64,000 nt of DNA from Macrostomum lignano (lineage: Eukaryota), in contig NIVC01002709.1 of NCBI GenBank assembly GCA_002269645.1, forward strand, positions 124,001 through 188,000. Direction: 5' to 3'. This document shows, piece after piece, positions 22,572 to 33,529 of the stretch (its first letter is position 1; every line of letters begins with the position of its first letter). Position numbers and translations under genes: made by a program. A model generated the notes under the pieces. The model saw only the letters and a program-made list of their open reading frames with translations. It was not told the DNA's origin and did not search any database.

Positions 22572-23610
22572 TTTTTATTTTAATATTTTAATTAATTTCG
22601 TGTCAGCTGGTATCACTAGGAGTTCAGCTCTAGTGAATGACCGTGGGGGATTTAGGGTTAAAGGCTGAGATAAAAAGTAATAGTCACCGGAGTCGGAGGT
22701 AAAATGTCTGTCTATTTTATGTACATCAAGGCTGAAGTATGGATCTGTAGCTCTTCTTTTGGTGTCTTCTCTAGCTCTCCAGGTAGATATAAAAAGCGTA
22801 GAAACTCAGAGTTTGTCAGTATGTATGGTGATTCAACTCCTGGAAGCTTAGGGTAGTTCGAGGTGTGTTTTGTGTTGTGTGTGTTGTGTGGGGTTGTAGT
22901 GTTGTTGTCTGTTCTATGAGATGCCTAAGTTCGACAGTGTCTTTTTTAATTGCATGGGATGGTTTCAATCCAGTCATACGTGTGACTTCATTGTTCAGTT
23001 GCTCTATAACAGTGGGAGCCGGTCTGTCCATTTTGAATAGTACTGACCACTTTTTAGTTTCAGCTCTCAGCTGTCTGCTTAGTGAATAGCCTCTTGGCTA
23101 GAGTTAGATTGAATCTCTCAAAGCGCTTGGTCTCTGTGCAAGTTTGTTCTGCCATAGCGAATTTTTGCGTCATACTTATGTAGAAGTGATTTCACTGCAC
23201 CCATGAATTCTTTACCGGGTCCGTCATAAAGATTTCAGGGTAACTAAGGGTGAGTTTTTATAAATATCTTGGAGGGCGGCTGCAACTGCTTCTGACTTCT
23301 TCGTCTTAAGCGGTCTCGCTTCCTTATATCTGGAAGCAACGTCTGTAATTGTAAGAGCATACTTGTAGCCTGAGTCGTTGGGGAGAAACAAAAAGATCTG
23401 CTTGGTGCGCCTCATTAGGTTTATAGATGTAAAGTGAGGTCTTGTAAATTTTACTGGTGGGAAATAGACTTGAAAGAGAGCCTGCTTAGAGAGCCATTTT
23501 TCTACTGTAGCTTTTGGTCCTTACTTAGTTCTGCGAGTTGGTGACTGCATTTTTTTCTACAAAGAATCCTTTGTCGCTGTAGTAGAGTTTTTAAGTTTCT
23601 GATCTGTCAT
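22558..23610 (-). CDS. int: Retroviral-type (rve) integrase of the Polinton, many frameshifts
   Basis: PNEAHQAD, LTITDVASRYKEARPL, FNLTLAKRLF, LNNEVTRMTGLKP, KRRATDPYFSL, RSFTRAELLVIPAD. Confidence 0.9.
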
Positions 23611-23640
23611 TTATTTAAAAAGAAAATTTTAAATAAAATA

Positions 23641-24095
23641 ATGCAACGCTCTGGTGGTAAATAGATTCACATGGACTGATAGAAAAGCTTCCTCATCCAA
23701 ACAAAGGCTGGACACTTCCCGGCTATAAATATTGCGGGCCTTTGAATCCACTTGAAATACAGCTAGATAAAAACAATAATCCACATCCTGGGCATGAGCC
23801 TGTGAACGAGCTAGACTCTGTCTGCATGTGGCACGACGTTAAATATAGAGATTTTCCTGAGGAGAAGAATCGCTGGGACAAAGAAATGCTCAGGAGACTC
23901 GACAATATAGGGGCTTCAAGCGGATTTCGCGAGTCTATTGCTCGGAAATTAGTTAAAGCTGTTATTTTTGGTAAGACAAAGTTGGGGTTGGGGGTCGGCG
24001 GCTGTTTGAGAGAAGGGGTGGGCTTTGTGTTGCAGACGCCAAGTAAAAAATTAGGAAGACTGCTGAAAGAGCTGGGGGTTGAGAGAGCAGAATGA
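23641..24095 (+). CDS. Parvovirus-VP1-type phospholipase A2 (1-nt deletion near start)
   Basis: MQRSGGK, then after the shift ...WTLPGYKYCGPLNP (Ca-binding-loop-like) ...NELDSVCMWHDVKYRD (HDxxY catalytic) ...WDKEML...KLGLG. Confidence 0.88.
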
Positions 24096-24349
24096 TTCAA
24101 GCAAGAAAATTCAAGAGAAACTTTTTAAGAAAATAACAGCAAAAGAAAAATAAATGGATGACATGATATACTTTTGAGCAGCAGTTAGTTTCCCGAATTT
24201 GGTACTCACACAGGCTGCCACTCGAAGGCCGCTGCTACAGCCCGCGCATCTTTAAAAGAAGAAAAAAAGTAATTTGATATTAGCAATCTCCTTACTTTCT
24301 TTTTCCTTTTAAAGATGGAAAAAATGTTAATCTTGTCTGAAACATGAAA

Positions 24350-24490
24350 GAGAAGATTTAGAGAAGAAGAGAAGAGAAGAGAAGAAGAGAAGAGAAGAGA
24401 GGAGGAGAAGAAGAAGAAGAAGAAGAAGAAGAAGAAGATTTAGAGAAGATGAGAATTATCTTCTTATTATTAAGAAGATAAAGAAAAGAA
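24350..24490 (+). repeat. Purine-rich (GAAGA)/(GAA)n tract
   Basis: Direct inspection. Confidence 0.9.
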
Positions 24491-24528
24491 AAGTTATATT
24501 TATTTACCATTTTTACTATTTTTATTTA

Positions 24529-25296
24529 CTATTCTTTTTTTATTTGAATAACACCCATGCTCCAATAGGTTTTATATTTATTCGAACACATTAACATGTC
24601 TTCAATATCATTTTTTAAGGTGTAAAGTTCCTCAAATGTTATATTTAGCTTAAAAAAACGAGGATAATCATGTAATGTTTTACTAAGAGACAACATTTTT
24701 CTAATAGTGCTTTTAGCATATGTTATCTCATGTCGTTGCAAAAACTCCAAAACCTGATCATCACACCTTTTACATTTAACAGTTTCTTCAGGATGTTCTA
24801 TTCTATGTTTCGCTGCGTTGTGGTTAAGCCATACACCACAGATGTATGTGGCAATGAGCATACGATTATTACATCTTTTTAAACTTGTGACTGCCGTCTG
24901 TAGTTGTTCTTCTACAGATAACGGCATATTCGTATCAACAATAGAATAGGGGTGAATAAATTCATCGACCCCTTCAAATTCAAATACTTTTGCGCAAAGA
25001 TATTGATGAAGCGTCTCACCAGTTGGCCGTAGTTTTTGCTTCTTTACTTTTACTTTCTTTCTTGCTGGTTGATCTTGATCCTCATCTACATCCATGCGCT
25101 CTTCATTTAATTTTTTTGATCGATCTTCTAAATTGCCACAACTAGGTACTAAGGGGCAATCTAATGTAACTTTTAAATGAATTAAATCATCTTCAGATAA
25201 GAGTAGTTCGTGTTTATTGTTATCTTTTGCTAACTGATTTAGCTGTAAAATTTTAGAGAAGAGAGATAGATCTGGTGTGACAGACAAGTCAGACAT
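24529..25296 (-). CDS. Hypothetical Polinton accessory protein (255 aa) with basic NLS-like cluster
   Basis: Intact ORF with AAAAATG start. An acidic patch is followed by RKKVKVKKQK and a helical C-terminal half. Confidence 0.75.
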   Translation of the reverse strand: MSDLSVTPDLSLFSKILQLNQLAKDNNKHELLLSEDDLIHLKVTLDCPLVPSCGNLEDRSKKLNEERMDVDEDQDQPARKKVKVKKQKLRPTGETLHQYLCAKVFEFEGVDEFIHPYSIVDTNMPLSVEEQLQTAVTSLKRCNNRMLIATYICGVWLNHNAAKHRIEHPEETVKCKRCDDQVLEFLQRHEITYAKSTIRKMLSLSKTLHDYPRFFKLNITFEELYTLKNDIEDMLMCSNKYKTYWSMGVIQIKKE

Positions 25297-25719
25297 TTTT
25301 AACCGAGTAACTCTTCAAAAGTAGTTGTATAAATAAGCTTTCTTCCTTACCCGACAGACTTTGGGGGGGGGATGTCCGCCTGATAGCGGCGAGACGACTT
25401 GGCTTTGGGGATAAGGGGAGAGAATTGAGTAGACTGAGAAGAGCTGTGGGACGAGGGACAATGGAGGATCAGGGGTATGGTTTTGGTTGGCCATACGTAT
25501 GCCATACGTAGCATACACGTGCTGCGGGATTGACTGTAGGTAGAGAAGTGGAAAGAGAGAGAACTTGCTATGTAGAAATAAATGCTCGCGGTGAGGAGAA
25601 GCTTGTGCATAGGAAGAGAGGTTCTCTCTGTATACGGGGTCTGCGTACTCTGAGTTAGTGAGGGCATGAAGCTTCTGCATGGGGGAAGAGATATTTGCTC
25701 TGTACATGCTCGGCGGCGG

Positions 25720-25822
25720 AACATTTGTTGGGCTGAGGAACAAATGTTCGGCTGAGGAACATTTGTTCGGCTGAGGAACATTTGTTCGGCTGAGGAACAT
25801 TTGTTCGGCTGAGGAACATTTG
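25720..25822. repeat. 19-bp tandem array with internal palindrome (GAACA-TT-TGTTC)
   Basis: About 5 copies of ATTTGTTCGGCTGAGGAAC. Confidence 0.9.
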
Positions 25823-26045
25823 TAGCTGGCTCTGTAGCTGGTGCCCTAGAGGGTAGTTTTACATTTTCCCTTAGATAAATAGTTGCAAGCGTTGATTTTA
25901 GATGTAAGAGCATTGTGTATGAATAGATCTTAGTAGACATTAACAAGCTTGGCAGAACTGTTCAGCGTGAGTTACTATAATAAGAACCTCGGGAGACAAC
26001 TGGAAGCATTTTTATTGAGAATTTAGATTTTTTCGGAGGATGAGC

Positions 26046-26391
26046 ACCCTGCGCTGATGATTTAAAGTCTTTGGGATCTGGTAGCACGTTGCGAATTGAA
26101 TGTGGGCCCCATGGGGAGAAGAATGCAGATTATTTTCTGATTGTTTCGAAGATGCTATGGGTGGATGTCAGTGGATTATATGACACCTGTTATGCTCTGA
26201 TTCTGTCAGGGATAATGCTCTGATTCTGTCAGGGATAATATGGATGGATTTAATGGAATTATGGAGGACGTTTTGTGAGCGAGTGCGACCCCCCTTTTTT
26301 CTGATTCTGTCAGGGATAATATGGATGGATTTAATGGGATTATGGAGGACGTGAAAAATTTTGTCCCAAAAGCCCCCTCATGCCTTCTACT
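26046..26391 (-). repeat. Right TIR of Polinton (346 bp, ends CTACT)
   Basis: Reverse complement of 10576-10923, followed by the TSD AAGGAC. Confidence 0.97.
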
Positions 26392-26397
26392 AAGGAC

Positions 26398-27133
26398 AGT
26401 TGGAGAAAGTGCAATCGAGCGAATGGGCCACGCCTATAGTGTGTGTCAGAAAGCAATCTGGAAGTATCAAGATTTGTGGCGACTATAAGATAACACTGAA
26501 CCCAGTCTTGGAAGACATGGTAGCGACAACGCCATCGATAGATGAAGTGATGTCCAGATTGGGTCGAGCCCGGAAATTCTCCACGCTAGATCTCACAAAC
26601 GCATACTTGCAGGTACCAGTCGGCGCCGAGACAAGTCAGATGCAAACTTGGAGCACACCCTTTGGCCTGTTTCGTCCAACCTCACTGGCTTTTGGGGTAA
26701 AACAAGCACTCGCTATCTTCCAGTCATATATGGATAAACTCCTGCTAAACCTCGACGGCGTGATATCCTACCAGGACGATATCCTCATCTGGGGCGAAAG
26801 TCAGACTGATCATGACGAAAGGCTCAACACAGTAATGAAGATCCTGGAAAACAATGGACTTCGCATAAATGCTGACAAGTCTGTACTAAACAAGTCGTCA
26901 ATATGATTTTTGGGCTACGAGATCAGTGCAAATGGAATTCGCCCACTAAAGGAGGAAGTGGAAGCCATTGCCGGATTAAAAGAGCAAAGAGACCTCACAC
27001 AACTACAGGCGTTCTTGGGAATGGTCGATTTCTATGGACGATGCATTCCTAACTTGGCTACGTTGAAAGATTCATTGACCAATCTAACCAGGTCAGGTGT
27101 GCGATGGACCTGGGGAAGGTAAGAACAGAAGGC
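26398..27133 (+). pseudogene. pol: Gypsy reverse transcriptase (continuation of pol), truncated after RT
   Basis: WATPIVCVRK...ICGDYK...FSTLDLTNAYLQ...TPFGLF...YQDDILI...GYEIS...FLGMVDFYGR...WTWG. Confidence 0.95.
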
Positions 27134-27194
27134 AAACATCTAGCTTCTTTGTTCCTTACGGAGACTTCCAGTCGTACGACTTCTTTGGGCCACG

Positions 27195-27915
27195 ATGGAC
27201 GGAAATGACGCCGAAGACGAGTTTTTCGTAAAAGTTGTCTCTCGCTACCCCGTCGTTCTCGACAAAAGCAAGACGCCCGGCACAATGGAGAAGAAGAACG
27301 CAGCATTCAGCTCAATACAAAAGGACCTGGAGGATAATGGAGTAAATCTAACCTGCAAGAAGATCAACAAGAGACTTTCGAACATTTAAGACGCGGCTGA
27401 AAGCAAAGACGGACTTGAAGAAGACCGGAAATAAAAAGATTGTTCTGAAGAAGTGGGAAGAATCCATGCTACAGTTTTTCAACATCGAGGAAAACCCAGT
27501 TTTTTCCAAGGTCCCTGACGCTCGTGTGTGTGGGGTTGCATCACAACTCGCTGACGACGATGAACCACAGACACCCCCGAGACCCAGCCCGAGCAACGAG
27601 GAGTCTGATCGCCAACCCTCGACGCCTGCGAGCGTTCAATCACGGCAGCAGTCTGCGAGAGCATCCGCGCCGCGACGAGTCACCAACGAGACGACTGCGA
27701 CGATAGGACTGAGCAATGCCGAGCTTCAGCGAATGGTGCTACTCGAGCAGCTCAGGTACATTTTCGTACGAAGACACGGCGCGAACTGGAACGGGAGGCC
27801 TACCAACGACAGTCGCAGATGCAACAGCACACAAGCGACGTCGGGGATGCGTCTGCTTCGTATATGCAACTTTAGGGGCCAATATAAAGCTTATTATAGG
27901 TTTTCGGACTGCTAA
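27195..27915 (+). pseudogene. Harbinger Myb/SANT-like DNA-binding protein (frameshifted)
   Basis: KSK...KKNAAFSSIQ...KKINKRLSNIKTRLKAKTDLKKTGNK...LSNAELQRMVLLEQ, convergent with the Harbinger transposase. Confidence 0.85.
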
Positions 27916-28243
27916 GCACGCTCGTTAGCTACTTGTTATTGATAATATTGTTACTTACGGTTACAGTCAAATTGTTAGTTTACAATTAGTTTACGTGGTT
28001 ACGACGCTTTAAATATACGACGACAAGTAAGAAAAAACGGTAAACGTTTATTGTTATCATAACAAACGTAAAACACAGTTGTTATTTACTAACGTTAATA
28101 TTATTAGCTAGGTTAGGGTCAGATTGCAATACCTTACAATTAGTTTACCTAGTTAGGAAGCTTTAAACATACGTTGACAAATATGAAAAAACAGCAAACG
28201 TGAGCAGCATGAGGTAAGTCAGTACGGATCGCGATGCAGTTTG

Positions 28244-28365
28244 TCATGGCCCATGCCTGAACATGATGTCGGCGATAGCGTTCTGGCGCTGAACTCCGGC
28301 TGCTCTTTTCGCGGCCTCACTGGCATTGTTCACGTCGAACGGTGGTGCGAGGGGCTCTTCTATCT
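28244..28365 (-). CDS. Detached C-terminal tail of the Harbinger transposase
   Basis: In-frame continuation EEPLAPPFDVNNASEAAKRAAGVQRQNAIADIMFRHGP* after removing the LINE. Confidence 0.8.
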
Positions 28366-31300
28366 TCTTCTTCTTCTTCTTCTCCGTTTATCGCCTTGCG
28401 GCGTGGAGTGAACAGCGTCAGGCTTCACCGCAAGTGCGTTTGTGTCGCGCCATGTTTGTCGCCGATAACGTTCTTCCGCACTTGTCGCATTCTGCTGTCT
28501 TCCTTCGGTATTTTCTTGCTCTTCTCTTGTTCTCCTCCATCTCCGGTGGATTGTGGTGTTGTTCTTTACATGTCTTTCTGTGCCTCGCTAGGTTCGATTT
28601 TACGATTGTGCTTCCACATTGCTGACATTTTACTCTTGACGCATCTATTTCCGTCTCGCCTTGGCACACCTTCTCATGGTTTGCCAGGGTCGCTTCCTGT
28701 CGGAACTCCTTGTCGCATTTGTGGCATCTGAATTTCACCGGCTCTTTAAACACGCGATGCATCCTCTTTTGGTGGATGGTTAGTCCCCCTTGCTTTTACA
28801 CACTTTGCCGCAGAGTTCGTATTCGCATTTGAAGCCATCTCCAACCTCTCTCGGGTTCGTTTTTACGTGGTACCGTTCTTGACTTCGTTCGATCAGGCTG
28901 TTGTTACTGTCCGTCTTGGCCTTTTTTCCTTGCACTCTCTCCCACTCTTGTAGGTGTACAGTCCGCTGGTGTACTACGTTCCGCCAGTGTTTCCTGTCTA
29001 GAACGTGGCGTTCGATGTCTTGCGGTTCCATACCGGCTTCCCGGATGAGGCGCTTCCAGTAGGATATGGTGTTGTTTTTCCGTTTTTTGCGCTTAGGGAT
29101 CCTTTCCAGGCCTCTGTACCACCCTAATACGGCTTGCTTTATTTGTCTGTCGTCTTCCATCCGTAGGACGTGGCCAATCCTTTTTAGGTGACTTTTCTCA
29201 ATCTTTGTTCTTAATGACACAACACCTAGTTCGTTGCGGATATCTTGCATATTTACTCCTAGGCTTTCCATTTCGCGCAGCGGTTCCATTCTCTTGTTGG
29301 ACCAAATGTTGCGGTATGTTTTGTCGATGAACTGTTGCATTTTCTTGATTTCGCCGAGCAGGAACGGGCGGGTGTTCGCATGGAACAGGAGTACACTTTC
29401 CACGCACGCCTCGACCACTTTAGCTTGTGTGGTCTTTTTCAGGCGGCATCGATGGAACCTTTTCCTGATCGCATTCCACGCTTTGGCGGCTCTCTGGATT
29501 CTTTGCTGTGTGTCGTATCTCCTATCCATCCACGACCCTAGGATGCGAGTTTTACCTCCGACGGATGTTCCTAGGGCCATCTCCTCCTGTTTCTCGTCAT
29601 TTGTCAGTTCTTCGAACTTCTTCATATTCTCTTTGGTCGTTGTTAGGCTTCTCGTCAGTTCTCTGCCATTGCCTAGGATGGTGGTGTCGTCTGCAAAGAG
29701 CGATGAGGTCCACTTGACCGTTCGCATCTCCGAGTTGTACTGGTTGATTCTCTGAGGTGGCAAGGAGTGTCCAGGTAAGTACGTCCATTCCACCCCGCAG
29801 CTTAATCCTCTGCTGGCCGCTTCTGTCTCCCGAGTTTCTTCCGCTTTCCTGATGCTCGCCTGGTGGTAGATGTTAAATAATATCGGGGAAGTTGGGCATC
29901 CCTCGCGTAAGCCTCGCTCGGGTAGCCATGTTTCGCTTGATTTCTCCTTGCCTTGCACTTTATACGCGGTATGTTCATGCAGGTCTTTCAGTTTTTCGAT
30001 CGTCTCTTGCGGCATCTTGTACGCTTGGAGGATTCCCCACAGGATCGGCTTGCACACTCTCGGATATGCCTTACGGAGGTCTAGGAGGATTGCCGTTTCT
30101 GTGTCTTCGATGTTGCAGTCTCCTGATGCTCTTTTTGTTTCCAGGTACTCGGCAATGTCCTCGTGCATCCTGGTGAATATCTGTGCGTTGTCCGCCGTCG
30201 ATCTTCCACTTCGGAAGCCGTTCTGGTTGTCATCTAGCGCTCCTATCACTTCTGCCCAATTCCGGATTCTGGTAGCCAGAATGCGGGCTAGTATTCTGCT
30301 GAGCATAGGTAATAGGCAGATTCCTCTGTAGTTATTCATGTCTGCTCGGTCTCCCTTCTTGAATAATGGAATAATGAGTCCAATTTTCTCGTTGTCATTC
30401 CATTTGTGCGCTCGCTCTTCAAACAGAAAGCGGATCCTTGCATACAGTTCTTTACGTACTGCGTCTGGGGCGATTCTAATGTATCTGATACGAAGTTCGT
30501 CCTCCCGGGACTTCGGTCTTTCATTTCTTTAATGGCTGCTTCTATTTCAAGGTCCGTTGGGACTGTCGTCAGTTGTGTTCTTGTCTTTTCCGTATCTTCC
30601 TGTTCCTTCATGGTTTTGATTGATCTGATCAGTTCGGCTGTTTCGGTTTCCGGGTTTTCCAATCTAGTCCCTTGGATTCTTTCCAAATGGTTCTTGAAGT
30701 CATCTTCGTCAAAGTTGGTGTCTGTTCCGCTGTTGTTCCACTTTCCTCGCTTGTCCAACATCCTTAATTTCTCATAGACCACTGCGATCTGGCCTCTATC
30801 CGCGGCATTTCTGCATTCCTCAGCGATTGCGTCCCACCAGTTTTCCTCCCATTCCGCGAGCTTCTTTTTTATCTTTTTTCGGATAGTTGTAGTCGCTAGG
30901 CGGGCTAGGGTCGTCGCCGCCGAGGTGGGGTCTTCTCTGACGCATGCGTTGCGATGGGCCAGCGTTTCTGCCAGCTCTCTTTGTTGTGCCTCGTGTTCGT
31001 CCAGGTGGGGGGCCATCCACGGGTTCGTTACTCGTGTCACCGTGCCGCATACGTGCCTTGCACTGTCGATGATTGAGTTTTGAACGTCTGTCCATTTCAT
31101 GTCTGTGAGGTTCCTGTCCTGCTTCTCTCTTAGTTCTTCGAATCTTGTTAGTATTTCTTTTTTTAACTCAGATGCCTTGTTCTCGTCGTGGAGTTTCCTC
31201 CAGTCGATGTTCTTCCGCCTGCGTCTCGTCTGGTCCTTGACGTACTTGTTCCGTGTCCAGCCCCGAATTATGACGGTTTTGGGCAGGTGGTCCGACAAGT

Positions 31301-32469
31301 TGCACTTGTTGTGGTTCTTTATCGTTTTGACCAGGCGGTGTCTGTCCTGCGCGCGAGTTATGAAGCCGTCTATCTCATACCACGTGCCGGTGCTTGGATT
31401 TCTCCAGGTTCCCCGGTTTTTTGACTTGTGGAACGAGTTGATCCAGGCTAGATCATTTGTCACTAACCAGTTTGCGAGGTCTTCGCCCTGCTGGTTGGTC
31501 AGTGCTAAGCCAAACTTTCCTCGATGTTGCGCGTCTGTGTTTTCAAATTTGCCAATCTGTGCGTTCATGTCACCGCCAATGATGATTGGTTTGTTCTTTC
31601 TTTCATTATGAATGTAACGTTCCAGGGTGTTTCTGAGCTCTGCTAGTTCCGTTTCGTAGTCCGGAGTGCCTCTAACTGGGCAGTACACGCTGATCAATGT
31701 CGCGTCGTATATTTCTATCATGATCGCTCTGTTCGTAATCTTCTTTTTTGATCCGCTGTCCTTCCACGTCTGGTACAATTCCTGGTTTAGGATGATGCCT
31801 GTTTTCTTGCCGTGAATCAGGAATGAATTCTGTTTCGGTTGGTGGTAACTTCTTATTCCGTCTGACGGTACCGATAACTCCGAGATGAGGGCTACCTCCC
31901 AATTCTCACTCATAATCTTTTTTGCGATCTCTCCAAAACGCGTGCCGAACACGTTTGCCCGCTGGACATTCCATGTTGTTATTCTCAGCTCGTTGTTTAA
32001 TGTTTCTCTGCGTTTGTTAATCTTCTTCGTTCTTCTTGTTCCACGGCGTCGGGTTCTTCTGATTAGTCTGCTTTTCTTCTCTTTTTGGGTTTTCGGTCGT
32101 TTTGTGCTTTTTCTTGGGTTTTCGGATTCTTTCTTTGGTCTTTCCTTCCTGTTTGGTCCTGGGTTCTTCTCTACTGTCGTCAGCTGTGCTTTCACTTTCG
32201 CCGACCTTTGTTTCCGGCTTGGTCTTGTGCGGCTCTGCTGTTCCTCTAGCTCTCTACCTTTGTGCTGTCCACTGGTTTTTGCCTGGTTAATCTCGGTACC
32301 CAGGTCGGCTACTTCTGGGTACCACGAGTGAAAAGGGCCGGTGTCGTCGTACTGGCTTCCGCCAGTGGCTTCGATCCATGGTCCCTTCCGTTTGCTCCCT
32401 TCTTTGCCAAGACTTTTTCGGGTCTTGTCCACTGGCCACCTCGTGAAGGTGGGGGAACAATCGGCCAGC
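28366..32469 (-). mobile_element. Full-length RTE-like LINE (APE + RT + C-terminal zinc fingers), 14-bp TSD
   Basis: TSD GGGCTCTTCTATCT at 28352-28365 and 32470-32483, with a (GAA)n 3' tail. APE motifs TWNV, GDMNA, EIDG, SDH. RT motifs YRGICLL, LDLRKAY, GLREGCPTSP, LFADD. Confidence 0.95.
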
Positions 32470-33405
32470 GGGCTCTTCTATCTCCTCCTCAATGGCTTCA
32501 TCGTCAACGGCATCATCGTTGAGCTCCTTCGCAATGTTGTGTAGGACACAGCAAGCGACAATAAATGTCGGAACTCTTTCCAACCGGACACGGCACATGT
32601 ATTTGAGGATCGGAAAACGTCGTTTTAATTGCCGAAATGTATTCTCAATTACGACTCGCGCCTCTGAATGTCGCTTGTTGAAGTACACTTCGTCTGGTGC
32701 TCCAGGATTCCGGAATGGCTTCGTGAGGAAGGGTGTGATGCCGTAGCCCTCGTCTCCTAGTAGCACTATCCCTGTTCTATTCGACAGGTCTGCGTAGATG
32801 TCCGGATTTTTAGGAATGCGATTATCGTGAACAGACCCTGGCCAAGACGCGTCAATACTAGTAAACATGCACTTCTCGTTCGTTGTGGCCTGCACATTTA
32901 AGGAGGCATACCCTTTTCGGTTCACGTACTCATTGCCAATAACACCAGCAGGCTTCTCGATCTGCACGTGTGTGCAGTCAATCACTCCAATGGCAGACGG
33001 GTATTTGTACTTGTCAAAGAAGCTCCGCTTGGCTTCTTGAATGGTTTGTGGTGACTCAGTTGGCCACTTAATGAACGATTGTGCTTCGCCGTAGATAGCT
33101 TGTACAACTTGCCATGCCGTTTTAGAAACAGTCATCTGGTGTATGCCAAACTCACGAGCTACGCCAGTCTGAAAGCCTGGATTGGCGAGATATCTGAGAG
33201 CCACCTCCATGCGTTCAACAGGTAGAAGTGCACCATCACGCGTTTCACGACCAGTGCCAATGAATCTTTCCGCGAGAGCTTCTACACTATTTCGATGAAA
33301 GCGAAACAGACGCCGGTATTCGTCGTCCCGATACACATCTGAGTGATGACGCTCCAAATACAGTTTCCGCCGAGCAGGCGCTACATCAGGCATGTATTCG
33401 GCCAT
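32470..33405 (-). CDS. PIF/Harbinger (HARBI1-like) DDE transposase, interrupted near its 3' end
   Basis: FRFHRNS, ALRYLA.G, GVIDCTHV, YVNRKGYASLNVQ, WPGSVHD, LLGDEGY, ARVVIE, LKRRFPIL, CCVLHN. Confidence 0.95.
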
Positions 33406-33529
33406 GCTCCAGAGTTTGAAAATCTCAAGAAAAGCTTTAGCTTTAGCTTTTAGGAGTTTAGCTTTGACGATTTATCTGCTTTTTACACTGCTACTCGTTC
33501 TTGAGTCTGCCAGGAGGCTGCCTCAACGT

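Larger units (their letters stand above)
10576..26391. mobile_element. Full-length Polinton/Maverick (adintovirus-like endogenous virus), 15,816 bp
   Basis: TIRs at 10576-10923 and 26046-26391. The 6-bp TSD AAGGAC is at 10570-10575 and 26392-26397. Carries PolB, integrase, ATPase, protease, and major and minor capsid genes. Confidence 0.97.

Noticed and set aside
24154-24275. Possible ~40-aa frameshifted Polinton ORF (MDDMIYF...)
   Set aside because: It needs an assumed indel, is very short and has no recognisable motif.
25315-25946. ORFs of 161 and 199 aa near the right TIR
   Set aside because: They run through the 19-bp array, overlap in different frames, lack the A-rich start context and show no motifs.
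32287-32469. C-terminal 60 aa of the 372-aa transposase ORF
   Set aside because: Read-through into the LINE 5' end; the true tail is at 28244-28365.
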